Below are positions 16,157 through 24,779 of a stretch of DNA of 39,459 nucleotides, one piece after another. Origin of the DNA: Abditibacterium sp. (GTDB taxonomy: Bacteria; Armatimonadota; Abditibacteriia; Abditibacteriales; Abditibacteriaceae); assembly GCA_043773205.1 (NCBI GenBank), contig JAYVFL010000263.1, forward strand, positions 1 through 39,459. The letters run 5' to 3'. Below the pieces are notes generated by a model. That model worked only from the letters and a program-made list of their open reading frames with translations. It was not told the origin of the DNA and did no database searches. Each line of letters opens with the position of its first letter. Within the stretch, counting starts at the first letter, position 1. The position numbers and the translations under genes are program-made.

Positions 16157-18061
16157 TTAATGGCCGCCGGTGAAAACGACACGCATCACTTCTTCGACTG
16201 TTGTGTGGCCATCTTTGCACTTTTGGAAGCCGTCTTCCTGTAAAGTGCGCATGCCATTGGCGCGCGCGGCTTCGCGAAGTTCCGTGACCGGGCTGCGTCG
16301 CACGATAAGCTCCTGCATTTCTTCGTTGACGCGCATCAGTTCGTAAATTCCGGTGCGGCCTTTGTATCCCGTCTGTTTGCAGACGTCACAACCGCGTCCG
16401 TGCCAGAATTTTTGCGACGGATTCTTAAGCGGATCGAAGCCAAAACGCATCAAAGTTTCGCGCGGCGGCGTGTATTCTTCTTTGCAGCTCTTGCAAATCG
16501 TGCGCGCGAGGCGCTGCGCCAGTGCGCCTGTAAGCGAGGCCGAAATCAAGAACGGCTCGACGCCCATGTCGCCCAAACGTGTCGCGGTCGATGGCGCATC
16601 GTTGGTGTGAATCGTAGAAAGAACAAAGTGACCGGTGAGCGAGGCTTGGACCGCGATTTCCGCTGTTTCCAAATCTCGAATCTCTCCAACCATGATGACG
16701 TCCGGGTCTTGGCGCAAAAAGGCGCGCAGCGCCGTCGCGAAAGTCAGGCCGGCTTTGCGATTGACCTGAACCTGCGTCAAACCGGGCAACTGGTATTCCA
16801 CCGGGTCTTCCACGGTTGAAACGTTCTTTTCAATGGTGGAAACCACGTTCAAAAGCGAATAAAGTGTGGTGGTTTTGCCTGAACCTGTCGGGCCGCAAAC
16901 ATAAAGCATGCCGTTCGGCTGGTTGGCGATGTCGAGCAATTCTTCCTGATGGTCGGGATACAAGCCGATTTTGTCCAAACCGAGCATAACCGAAGATTTG
17001 TCCAGGACGCGCATGACGATTTTCTCGCCCCACACCGTTGGACAGGTGTTGACGCGCATGTCGTATTCCTTGCCCTGCATGGTGAGTTTGATACGTCCGT
17101 CCTGGGGCACACGGCGCTCGGCGATGTTCATTTCCGACATGATTTTGATACGCGAAATCAGCGGATTCAAAACATACTGCGGGATTTTCATCTGCTCGTG
17201 CAAAACGCCGTCGATGCGGTAGCGAATGCGCACGCCGCGTTGCTGCGGCTCGATGTGAATGTCACTGGCTCCGTCTTTCAGGGCGTAAAGCAGCACCGTG
17301 TTCACGATGCGGATAATTGGCGCTTCTTCGGCTAATGTTCCGTTGGACGAGACTGAATCGGGGTTGAGGTTGGTTCCAGCTTTGGCCGCGTCCTCTTCGG
17401 ACACGACCTCGACTTTTTTGACCTTCTTTTTCTTGGCATTTTCGTCTTCGACGACTTCCACCGGCGCGACTTCGCCCAAAATGGCAGCCATGTCGTCGTC
17501 GTATTTGTCCCAGGCTTCGGGTGCAAGCGGGTCGCTGTCGGCTGGTTTTTCGGCGGCGCCATTTTCGCCGGAGTGCCCATTTGAACCGTTGCCGTTGGAG
17601 AGACTGGAGAGTTTGCCGTTTTTAAAGGCTTCAACTTGCGACGGCGCCGCCAAAACGCCGCGAATTTCCATTTTGGTGCGGGTTTTGAGGTCTTCTATCG
17701 CGTAGAAATTTTTGGGGTCGTCCATCGCCACAACGAGCGTGTTGCCCTCGATGGCGACGGGCGTGACTTTCAAACGCGCTTGCAGGTCGTCGGGAACGAG
17801 GCCTTTGGCTTCGTCCGAAGTCGTCATTTTGAGCAAATTGACGAACGAAACGCCGATGACTTCGGCACGCGCTTCGGTAATATCGACGTCCGAAAGCCCC
17901 ATTTCCAACAGAATTGCTTCCATCGGCGTGCCGGGCGCGTTTTGCATGCGCCGTTTGAACTCGTTGCCTTGTTCTTGACTGAGCTTGCCCTTATCAAAAA
18001 GAACGTGAGCAACTGTTTTACGATTCGCGCCCGCGACGGGCTGAGGAGTGGAAAGCGCCAT
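16157..18061 (-). CDS. pilB: Type IV pilus assembly ATPase (GspE/PulE family)
   Basis: GASDIHIEP, ERRVPQDGR, Walker A GPTGSGKTT, VEDPVE, LRQDPDVIMVGEIRD, HTND, CKSC...CDVC Zn motif and GYKGR; GAGG SD before ATG 18061. Confidence 0.95.
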   Translation of the reverse strand: MALSTPQPVAGANRKTVAHVLFDKGKLSQEQGNEFKRRMQNAPGTPMEAILLEMGLSDVDITEARAEVIGVSFVNLLKMTTSDEAKGLVPDDLQARLKVTPVAIEGNTLVVAMDDPKNFYAIEDLKTRTKMEIRGVLAAPSQVEAFKNGKLSSLSNGNGSNGHSGENGAAEKPADSDPLAPEAWDKYDDDMAAILGEVAPVEVVEDENAKKKKVKKVEVVSEEDAAKAGTNLNPDSVSSNGTLAEEAPIIRIVNTVLLYALKDGASDIHIEPQQRGVRIRYRIDGVLHEQMKIPQYVLNPLISRIKIMSEMNIAERRVPQDGRIKLTMQGKEYDMRVNTCPTVWGEKIVMRVLDKSSVMLGLDKIGLYPDHQEELLDIANQPNGMLYVCGPTGSGKTTTLYSLLNVVSTIEKNVSTVEDPVEYQLPGLTQVQVNRKAGLTFATALRAFLRQDPDVIMVGEIRDLETAEIAVQASLTGHFVLSTIHTNDAPSTATRLGDMGVEPFLISASLTGALAQRLARTICKSCKEEYTPPRETLMRFGFDPLKNPSQKFWHGRGCDVCKQTGYKGRTGIYELMRVNEEMQELIVRRSPVTELREAARANGMRTLQEDGFQKCKDGHTTVEEVMRVVFTGGH

Positions 18062-18474
18062 AAAAACCTCTAACGGAAATGGATTCGAGACAACACCGGC
18101 AAACAACGTTATGTCCAAAAGCTGCAAACCCAATTGCAAAAAATGCAAAACAGGTTGGAAACAACACAAAAGCTATACAAGGCACCCAAAAGAGCGCCTC
18201 CAGTTCGAACAGCGATAATTTTACCCGAAAATCATCGAGAGTTGGAAGCAGTTATAAGCTGGCGCACATAGTTTGTGGGCCAATGAGAGCCAGGTCAGAG
18301 GAGAATCGGAGGAGAAAACGCAAGACGCGATGTCAAAGTCAAGCGTTCCCGCGCCCTTCACGCCCGATTTCGCTGATGCGCCTGATTTTGCCGATGCGCG
18401 CAACCTGAACCAATTTCCAGTTGTCCGTTTTTCTGCTTCTCTTCCCGTTTCTGTTAATTGTTCCTGCTCCCAAA

Positions 18475-21400
18475 ATGCGCCGCTCCCTTTCCCTCCTCTT
18501 ACTTTTGAGTTTTTGCTACTCCAATTCGCGCGCCATCGCCGCACCCGAATTTCTCGATGACGAGGCCGAGATCGCCTGCGACGTCGAGTTTTCGCTGCAA
18601 AAAGCCGCTACTGGCCGTTTTGCGCTTCATTTCGACACTCAAAACCCCAAAAACGGCTACATCATGGAAGCGACGCCAACTGGCGCGTCGTTTTTCGCGT
18701 TGCAAAACGGCCAAAAACGGCTTTTATCGAGCGCCAATCTGGTCTGGAAAGCGCAAAATCGTGTGGTTTTGCAGCGTCGGCCCTGGGTGATGCGACTTTT
18801 AATAGATAATCGCGTGGCTTTGACCGCTTTCGATTCCACGTTTCAAAGCGGCAAAATCGGCTCGGAAACCCTTGGGGGTGCGCCCGCATTGGCTACATCA
18901 TTACCCACAGCGGGTTGGAAATGGAACGATGCGCGCGTGCAGCCGGTGGAAAACATTCGTTTCGACGATGATTTCACGCGCGCCGACGGCTCGGGCGATT
19001 CGGCCTGGCAAAGCGCGTCGGGAAAATGGGCGCTCACCGCAAGTTCGACGCACGTTAACGCTCGCAACGCGACGATGAGTTCCAATCCTTTCGCGTTTGA
19101 GGCCAGCGCGCCCAAAAGCAGCGCACTGGCGCGTGCGGGCCGAAAATTCTGGGATTCCTACGATGCGCGCGTGGCCGCGCGTCCGCTGGGGCGCGGCACC
19201 ATCGGCATCGCGGCCTATGTGCAAGACCCCCAAAATTACCTCGCTTTCACCTGGAGCGGAGTGGAAAGTGCGGCATCGCGGCGCCTGATTCGGGTGAAAA
19301 ACGGCGTCACGACGACTTTGGCCAGCGCGTCGGGCGCGTTTTTGCCGCGCGCCTGGAGTGAAATCGGAATTCGCACCTCGCCGGGCGGGGTGGAAGCGCT
19401 TCTCGATGGCGCCCCGGTATTGCGCGCGAGCGATGACTCGTTTGGGCGCGGCCAGGTCGGTTTGATCGCCCAGAATTTGGAAGCCGCGTCCTTCGATGAT
19501 GTGCGCGTGCGCTCGGCAGAAATCTACCGGCAGAACCGCGCTTTGAAAGATGGAAGTTTCGTCAGTCGCGGCGCGTTTTCACTCACCGGACGCGCCAATA
19601 TGGACAACTACCGCTTGCTCGCGCCGCTTCAAAGCGCCCAAAGCGGAGCGTTTGGCCTGGTCGCAGGCTGGAAAGACGCCGAAAACTACACGCTGTTTCG
19701 CGCGGCGAGCGCATCTTCCGTCGATAAAAGCGGCGCGGCGTTTCGCGGTCGCGCGCAAATCGTGCGTTTTGTGAAAGGCGCACCGCAAATTTTGGGAAAT
19801 GAACCGCTGCGCCTCGATTTAAATCGCAATCCGCGCTTGACACTGCGCGCTCAGGAAGGAATTTTAAGCGTTCTCGACGGCGAAAAAACCGTGGTTCAGG
19901 CCGCGCAAAAAGGCCTCACAACGGGCCAGGCGGGACTTTACAACCCGCAATTTTTCGCGCCAGAAACGGTGCTGTATTTCTCGCCGCCCGCCGAAGCGCC
20001 CAAAGTCGCGGCGCGCATGGAAGATGACGCTTACATGGTCGGCTGGGCCAGCGCGACCGGCGAATGGCCACCCACGCCAGGCGATAACGGCCTCGAATTT
20101 TGGAACAGCGGCGAGTTTTTGGGCGATGCGAACCTCGAATTTCCCTGGCGCGCGACTTATAAAGGCAGTTTCGAGATCGCGCTGCGCGCCGAACGCGAAA
20201 AGTTCAATTCCGGCTACATTTTGCGCGGCGAATCGACAGACGACCTCACAAACGTGAAATGGACGCTCCGGCGCGGCGAAAAAGTGCTGACATCGGCCAT
20301 GGCCTCGCTGGACGCGACTTACAAACCGAGCGGCAGCACAAATAGCACCCCGAGCAGCACCACAGGCGATGCCGTGGACGCGACTGCATTCAAGGTCGTG
20401 TTGGATAATGGCAGCATCACGCTTTTTGCGGCGGGCGCTCCCATTTTAAGCACCTTTGACGCGCTGCCTCCAGCGGGACGCTGCATGGCGGTTCGTTCGC
20501 AAGGTTTCCGGGTGCGCGCCGAGCGATTGCGCGCCGTGAGTTCCAACCGCGACGACAGCACTTTTACCGGCGCGCCAACCGATTTTTACTCGACATCGGG
20601 CCGTTGGAGCATCTTTTCGCGCTGGCCATGCTATGGCGACTGGTCGTTTTTCGGTGGCGCTGGCAAAAACCCGACGCTGTGGAGCAAACGCACTTACGGC
20701 GGCGATGTCGTGGCCGAAATGTATGCCCATCCACAGATGAGCCTGCCCAAAGAGCCAGGTTACACCCATCCCGGCGACCTCAATATCACTCTCGCAGGCG
20801 ATGGGAAAAACCTATCTTCGGGCTACTCTTTCGTTTTGGCGGGCTGGGATAACACCCGGTCGCGCGTGATGCGCGGCTCTAAAGTCATCGCGGAAAACGC
20901 GGGCGATGAAGCCTTTTTTCATGAAACCATCACTAATAACATGAAGTGGCACCGCACCTGGTTTCATATTCGTGCCGAAGCGCGCCGCGCCGCTAAAGAT
21001 GGAAAAAACGGCGTTCAACTCACCTTAACTTTGGACGATGCCGTCATCGTAAGTGCTTTCGACCCCAATCCGCTGCCTCAGTGGGAAAAAGGTGGCCGCG
21101 TCGCGTTTTGGACGCTGGATTCCACCATCATGATCGCGCGCGCCAAAGTCGAAGCCGAATATCTGGGCCTCAAAACGCTGCCCGCCGGTTTGCTCGATTC
21201 AACTCCGCCCCTCGCAACCCCGCTCGCGGCCAATGCGAAAGCGCCGATTCCCATCGTTTCAGGCGACGATGCCACTGCCATCGTGAGCGCCGAAACAGAA
21301 GGTTGGAGCGTCACAGATCCAGCATCTGGCGGGATTTTCGAGGTGAAACTGCCGCTTGCAAAGGTGGAAATCACGCCGAAAACCCGCTTGGAGTTGGATG

Positions 21401-21714
21401 TTCAAATTCCCGCTGGCGTTAAAATCGACGCTTATCTTCAAAGCGAAGACGCGCTTTCAACCATCGAACTTACGGGTGACCAGCCCAACGACCCGATGGC
21501 GCCTTCGCTTGGAAAAATGACCAAAAACGGCGAAAAATGGGGTTTCGATATCGGCGCGGCGCTGCAAAAACGTTTTCCCAGCCAAAAAACCTGGAAAATC
21601 GATGCTCTGAGCCTGGGCGCGCGCCACGGCGAGGCCTATCGCTGGGTTGGCTTCGATGGCAATGCGCTCGGCAGCACTTACAAATTACGCGGCTGGCGTT
21701 TAGTCGAAGGCTAA
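18475..21714 (+). CDS. Large secreted protein with repeated concanavalin-A/LamG (DUF1080-like) beta-sandwich domains
   Basis: Signal peptide MRRSLSLLLLLSFC…AIA|A; repeated end-of-domain motifs (FQSGKIG, FGRGQVGL…SFDDVRV, TTGQAGL, KGGRVAFW). Start placed at ATG 18475. Confidence 0.6.
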   Translation: MRRSLSLLLLLSFCYSNSRAIAAPEFLDDEAEIACDVEFSLQKAATGRFALHFDTQNPKNGYIMEATPTGASFFALQNGQKRLLSSANLVWKAQNRVVLQRRPWVMRLLIDNRVALTAFDSTFQSGKIGSETLGGAPALATSLPTAGWKWNDARVQPVENIRFDDDFTRADGSGDSAWQSASGKWALTASSTHVNARNATMSSNPFAFEASAPKSSALARAGRKFWDSYDARVAARPLGRGTIGIAAYVQDPQNYLAFTWSGVESAASRRLIRVKNGVTTTLASASGAFLPRAWSEIGIRTSPGGVEALLDGAPVLRASDDSFGRGQVGLIAQNLEAASFDDVRVRSAEIYRQNRALKDGSFVSRGAFSLTGRANMDNYRLLAPLQSAQSGAFGLVAGWKDAENYTLFRAASASSVDKSGAAFRGRAQIVRFVKGAPQILGNEPLRLDLNRNPRLTLRAQEGILSVLDGEKTVVQAAQKGLTTGQAGLYNPQFFAPETVLYFSPPAEAPKVAARMEDDAYMVGWASATGEWPPTPGDNGLEFWNSGEFLGDANLEFPWRATYKGSFEIALRAEREKFNSGYILRGESTDDLTNVKWTLRRGEKVLTSAMASLDATYKPSGSTNSTPSSTTGDAVDATAFKVVLDNGSITLFAAGAPILSTFDALPPAGRCMAVRSQGFRVRAERLRAVSSNRDDSTFTGAPTDFYSTSGRWSIFSRWPCYGDWSFFGGAGKNPTLWSKRTYGGDVVAEMYAHPQMSLPKEPGYTHPGDLNITLAGDGKNLSSGYSFVLAGWDNTRSRVMRGSKVIAENAGDEAFFHETITNNMKWHRTWFHIRAEARRAAKDGKNGVQLTLTLDDAVIVSAFDPNPLPQWEKGGRVAFWTLDSTIMIARAKVEAEYLGLKTLPAGLLDSTPPLATPLAANAKAPIPIVSGDDATAIVSAETEGWSVTDPASGGIFEVKLPLAKVEITPKTRLELDVQIPAGVKIDAYLQSEDALSTIELTGDQPNDPMAPSLGKMTKNGEKWGFDIGAALQKRFPSQKTWKIDALSLGARHGEAYRWVGFDGNALGSTYKLRGWRLVEG

Positions 21715-21738
21715 ATGCGGTCTCCGAGGGTGAAACGT

Positions 21739-21854
21739 GTGTTGGATTTGTAGGGACACGGCATGCCGTGTCCGCTAACGTGCATTGCTAAAGTTCAAAA
21801 TCTTGCCCAAAAATCCAGCGATTACGACACGTCGTGACCCTACAAATCCAACAC
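21739..21854. repeat. REP doublet (REPIN-like), GTAG-type
   Basis: gtgttggatttgtaggg (21739-21755) is perfectly inverted at 21838-21854; inner palindrome GGACACGGC-AT-GCCGTGTCC with a diverged partner copy. Confidence 0.8.
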
Positions 21855-21897
21855 CTGTCACGGCGAGTTACGGCGCCAAAATAGGTTTAGTAAATTG

Positions 21898-22701
21898 TCA
21901 AAAATGAGCATCGCAAATCACGATGAAATCATTGTGATGCTTTTGGATCAGGCATTGGTAAATCTTTTCCCACTCGGCAGTGGCGTTGGCTCGCTCGCGC
22001 AGTGGCATCCACGGCATTTCCTCATTTTGGTGCCATTTCCCGCCCGCGACGATGGCATGGCACAACGGCCCGCCCGCCGGTAAATCGCGCACCGCGACAA
22101 GGCAACCTTCGTATTCTGAGCCGGTTTTTCGTTTTGATTCGACTTCTATTTCACTTTCTGCTTGAACCAGGGTGCTGAAATTCTCGCTGAAGCCGCCACT
22201 GATACACCAATAATCCCATTCGGCCTGTGGATTTTGACGTGTTTTCACCCTGCCGCTGCCACGGCACTTCCCGCAATGAGTTTCGGCCTGGTTTTTGAGT
22301 GGGTGATGAAGCAGAGCCTCATGGTAAGCCCGCTTGTATGGCTCGTGAGCCGCGTCCCAGTTTTGGCTGAATTTCTCGCTGAGTTGGGTCAATTCGCTCG
22401 TTTCAGCTTTGGTCAGGGTTTGTGCGTAAGCCAACCGAAAAAGCGCGATGCGGCGGGCGTTAGATGCGCTGTGTTCCCGTTCGAAACGCGCCTCGATTTC
22501 CGCCTCGGTGCCGCACGATTTCTGTGCTTGTTGCTCGGCTTCTCGTTCGGCTTGACGGCCCACGCAACTGCAATTGATTTCGTGTTCCGCCATTTCCAGG
22601 TCGCAGTTGAACGGCGCCATTTTTTGACTCACCGTTTCGTATAGATCCGCTGCCGCGTTCGCGGAATCGGGCGAAATAACCACAAAAATAAGGTAATGCA
22701 C
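21898..22701 (-). CDS. Hypothetical protein, phage-like, with split CxC…CxxCxGxG Zn motif
   Basis: 267 aa, GTG start; NCSC, HCGKCRGSG, NPQAEWDYWCISGGFS and C-terminal ICDAHF. Confidence 0.65.
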   Translation of the reverse strand: MHYLIFVVISPDSANAAADLYETVSQKMAPFNCDLEMAEHEINCSCVGRQAEREAEQQAQKSCGTEAEIEARFEREHSASNARRIALFRLAYAQTLTKAETSELTQLSEKFSQNWDAAHEPYKRAYHEALLHHPLKNQAETHCGKCRGSGRVKTRQNPQAEWDYWCISGGFSENFSTLVQAESEIEVESKRKTGSEYEGCLVAVRDLPAGGPLCHAIVAGGKWHQNEEMPWMPLRERANATAEWEKIYQCLIQKHHNDFIVICDAHF

Positions 22702-22711
22702 AATTCAATCA

Positions 22712-22894
22712 GGAGAAACGCCGTTGGCAATAAGATCTGGAAGGAGATCTGGAGTGCGGCGGCTTGACGCCGCGTTTGGATCGCATCTCGGTATAAATTG
22801 GCAATGTGGCGTGGCTGGGAGGCAATCCAAACGCGGCGTCAAGCCGCCGCACTCCAGATCTCCTTCCAGATCTCATTGCCAATGGCGTTTCTCC
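22712..22894. repeat. 70-bp near-perfect inverted repeat (REP doublet or MITE-like) with TGGAGTGCGGCGGCTTGACGCCGC core
   Basis: Arms 22712-22781 and 22825-22894 differ at 2 of 70 positions by manual comparison; 43-bp spacer. Confidence 0.88.
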
Positions 22895-23043
22895 CATCAA
22901 AGTAAAGCATTTTTCTTGCGTTCTTTTGAAAATGTGAAGCTGCTTCGAAAAACCGCTTCACATGGAGCGATTTCGAGGAATCGCCAGGTTTCGTTTGCAC
23001 ATTCATGGCGCGAAAAAGTTAAAATTGGGGCGTTTCCATTGTT

Positions 23044-24003
23044 ATGTCAGGTCTTTCCGTCCTTAAATTCGAAGCGCAGCAGCAAGCGGCGCGACTTTCG
23101 CTGGGCGCCAACATCTTTTTGGTGGCGATCAAAATCGGCGCGGGTCTCCAATCGGGGTCGCTTTCGGTTTTGGCGGAGGGAGTTCAGTCGCTGCTCGATA
23201 TTTTCGCGTCAGCGATGATTTTGTATGTCGTCAAAGCCGCCGCCGCGCCGCCCGACGAGGCGCATCCCTACGGACACGGCAAATTCGAGAACTTGATGGC
23301 GCTCGTGCAAATGACGACCGTTTTGGGTTCGATTTGCGGCATCTGGTATGCGGCGTGGCGACGGTTTCAAAACCCGGTGATGCCGCAAATCGATTGGGGC
23401 GTCGCCGCGATTGTGGTTTCAATTGCGGTGAATTTGTGGGTTTCGAGTCGCATTTTCAAGGTCGCGCGCGACACCGATTCCGCTGCGCTTCGTGCCGAAG
23501 GTGTGCATTTGCGCGGCGATTTATGGAGTTGTGCGGGCGTTTTGACCGGACTCATCGCGACGTGCATCTGGAACGACGCGCGTCTCGACCCGATTTTTGC
23601 CGCTGCCATGACAGTTTTTGCGATGGTTTCGGCGCTTCATCTGCTGCGCGACACGCTGCGGCCTCTGCTCGATGAAAGTCTGCCCGGCGACGAAGAACGC
23701 CAAATCCTCGCGGTTTTGGAAGCCGAGCCGCGCGTTTTAGGCTTTCGCAAGCTGCGCACGCGTCAGGCGGGCAGCGTGCGCCTCGCCGATGTGCATATTT
23801 TGCTCGATGACCACCTGAGTTTTCGCGAGGCGCACGACCTGGGCGAGCAAATCGAAGACGAAATTCGCCGCGTTTTGCCCAATCTCGATGTCATGGTTCA
23901 CACCGAACCGTTCGAGGCCGAAATCCAGCACCAGCGCGAAGTTCATGGCGGCATCACGCATCAAAAAGGTGAGGAAAGAAAGCGGCGCGAAGCGGGCGGA
24001 TAA
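23044..24003 (+). CDS. Cation diffusion facilitator (FieF-like) transporter
   Basis: SGSLSVLAEGVQSLLD, PPDEAHPYGHGKFE, HLRGD, LDP, LRTRQAG, EAHD and VHTEP motifs. Confidence 0.93.
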   Translation: MSGLSVLKFEAQQQAARLSLGANIFLVAIKIGAGLQSGSLSVLAEGVQSLLDIFASAMILYVVKAAAAPPDEAHPYGHGKFENLMALVQMTTVLGSICGIWYAAWRRFQNPVMPQIDWGVAAIVVSIAVNLWVSSRIFKVARDTDSAALRAEGVHLRGDLWSCAGVLTGLIATCIWNDARLDPIFAAAMTVFAMVSALHLLRDTLRPLLDESLPGDEERQILAVLEAEPRVLGFRKLRTRQAGSVRLADVHILLDDHLSFREAHDLGEQIEDEIRRVLPNLDVMVHTEPFEAEIQHQREVHGGITHQKGEERKRREAGG

Positions 24004-24017
24004 GCGATAAGCCGCGT

Positions 24018-24779
24018 TTAACGCAGCAAGTCGCGCCGAAAATCTGGTCCCAGTTCGTTCGCCGTGAGCTTGATTTCAAATTGTCCCACCGCATAAGGCC
24101 CCATTTCGTATTGGTTGAACACCCAGCGCAAGCCGTCGCGCCCGGCGGCGAAGTTGTTGAATTGCGCGGTTTCGAGCGTTTTGACGCTGCCATCTTGCAC
24201 CCACATCGCGTTTGGGTCTTTTTTCAGTTTGGCGAAGATTTTGGCTTCCACTTCTTTGCGATAAGGCGTGCCGGAACGGAAGAAATCGCCCAGAGTGAGA
24301 GCTTTGGCCCGCCCGTTAATCACCGCGAAATTGAGCGGGCTAACTACGGTCATGCCGTGCGCGCCGCCTTCGAAAGCGTATGTCACAAGTTCCGTCGAGA
24401 TCAAACGGCGCGTGGCATAAAACTCGGTTGACGGCGCGCTCGCGTAATCGAAGGGCACAGATGCGACCTCCTTTTCAAGCTGAGCCTGAGTGCTTTTCAC
24501 CCAGGCGTTGAAGCCCCAAACGATTCGGGAGCGCAATTTTGCGTTGGCGAAGCGCGCCAGCGGAGTGCGGGCGCGAAACACCGGATAGACCGCTTGGGCC
24601 GTGAAACCTTTGCCGCGCGCACTCAGCGTTTTGAGCCGCGCGACACGACTCAGCGCGGTCAATTTCTGCCCGCCGACGCTTTCCTGAGCATCGGAAGAGA
24701 CCGTGGCCAGCGAAAATGCGGTTAACAGCGAAAATGCGGTAACCCGCGTTGAAAAGGGAGAAAGTGGGCAAATTTTCAT
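24018..24779 (-). CDS. Secreted DUF3298/DUF4163 (RsiV/PdaC-like) protein
   Basis: Signal peptide; YAFEGGAHG, LTLGDFF and FNQYEMGPYAVG motifs; ATGA overlap with folC. Confidence 0.8.
   Translation of the reverse strand: MKICPLSPFSTRVTAFSLLTAFSLATVSSDAQESVGGQKLTALSRVARLKTLSARGKGFTAQAVYPVFRARTPLARFANAKLRSRIVWGFNAWVKSTQAQLEKEVASVPFDYASAPSTEFYATRRLISTELVTYAFEGGAHGMTVVSPLNFAVINGRAKALTLGDFFRSGTPYRKEVEAKIFAKLKKDPNAMWVQDGSVKTLETAQFNNFAAGRDGLRWVFNQYEMGPYAVGQFEIKLTANELGPDFRRDLLR

Noticed and set aside
2539-18061. Type II secretion system interpretation of the locus
   Set aside because: A PilT with the AIRNLIRE signature and pilB-pilT-pilC-pilD order indicate a retractile type IV pilus; no gspC/D/L/M genes are present.
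18100-18210. Possible c-di-GMP-I riboswitch upstream of pilB (GCAAA/GAAA-rich stretch)
   Set aside because: The A-rich motifs are on the wrong strand for pilB and I could not build the P1/P2 stems; an Infernal scan with the c-di-GMP-I model would settle it.
22709-23218. ORFs 22709-22900 (-) and 22724-23218 (+) with near-identical N-terminal peptides
   Set aside because: They result from reading the two arms of the 70-bp inverted repeat and are not genes.
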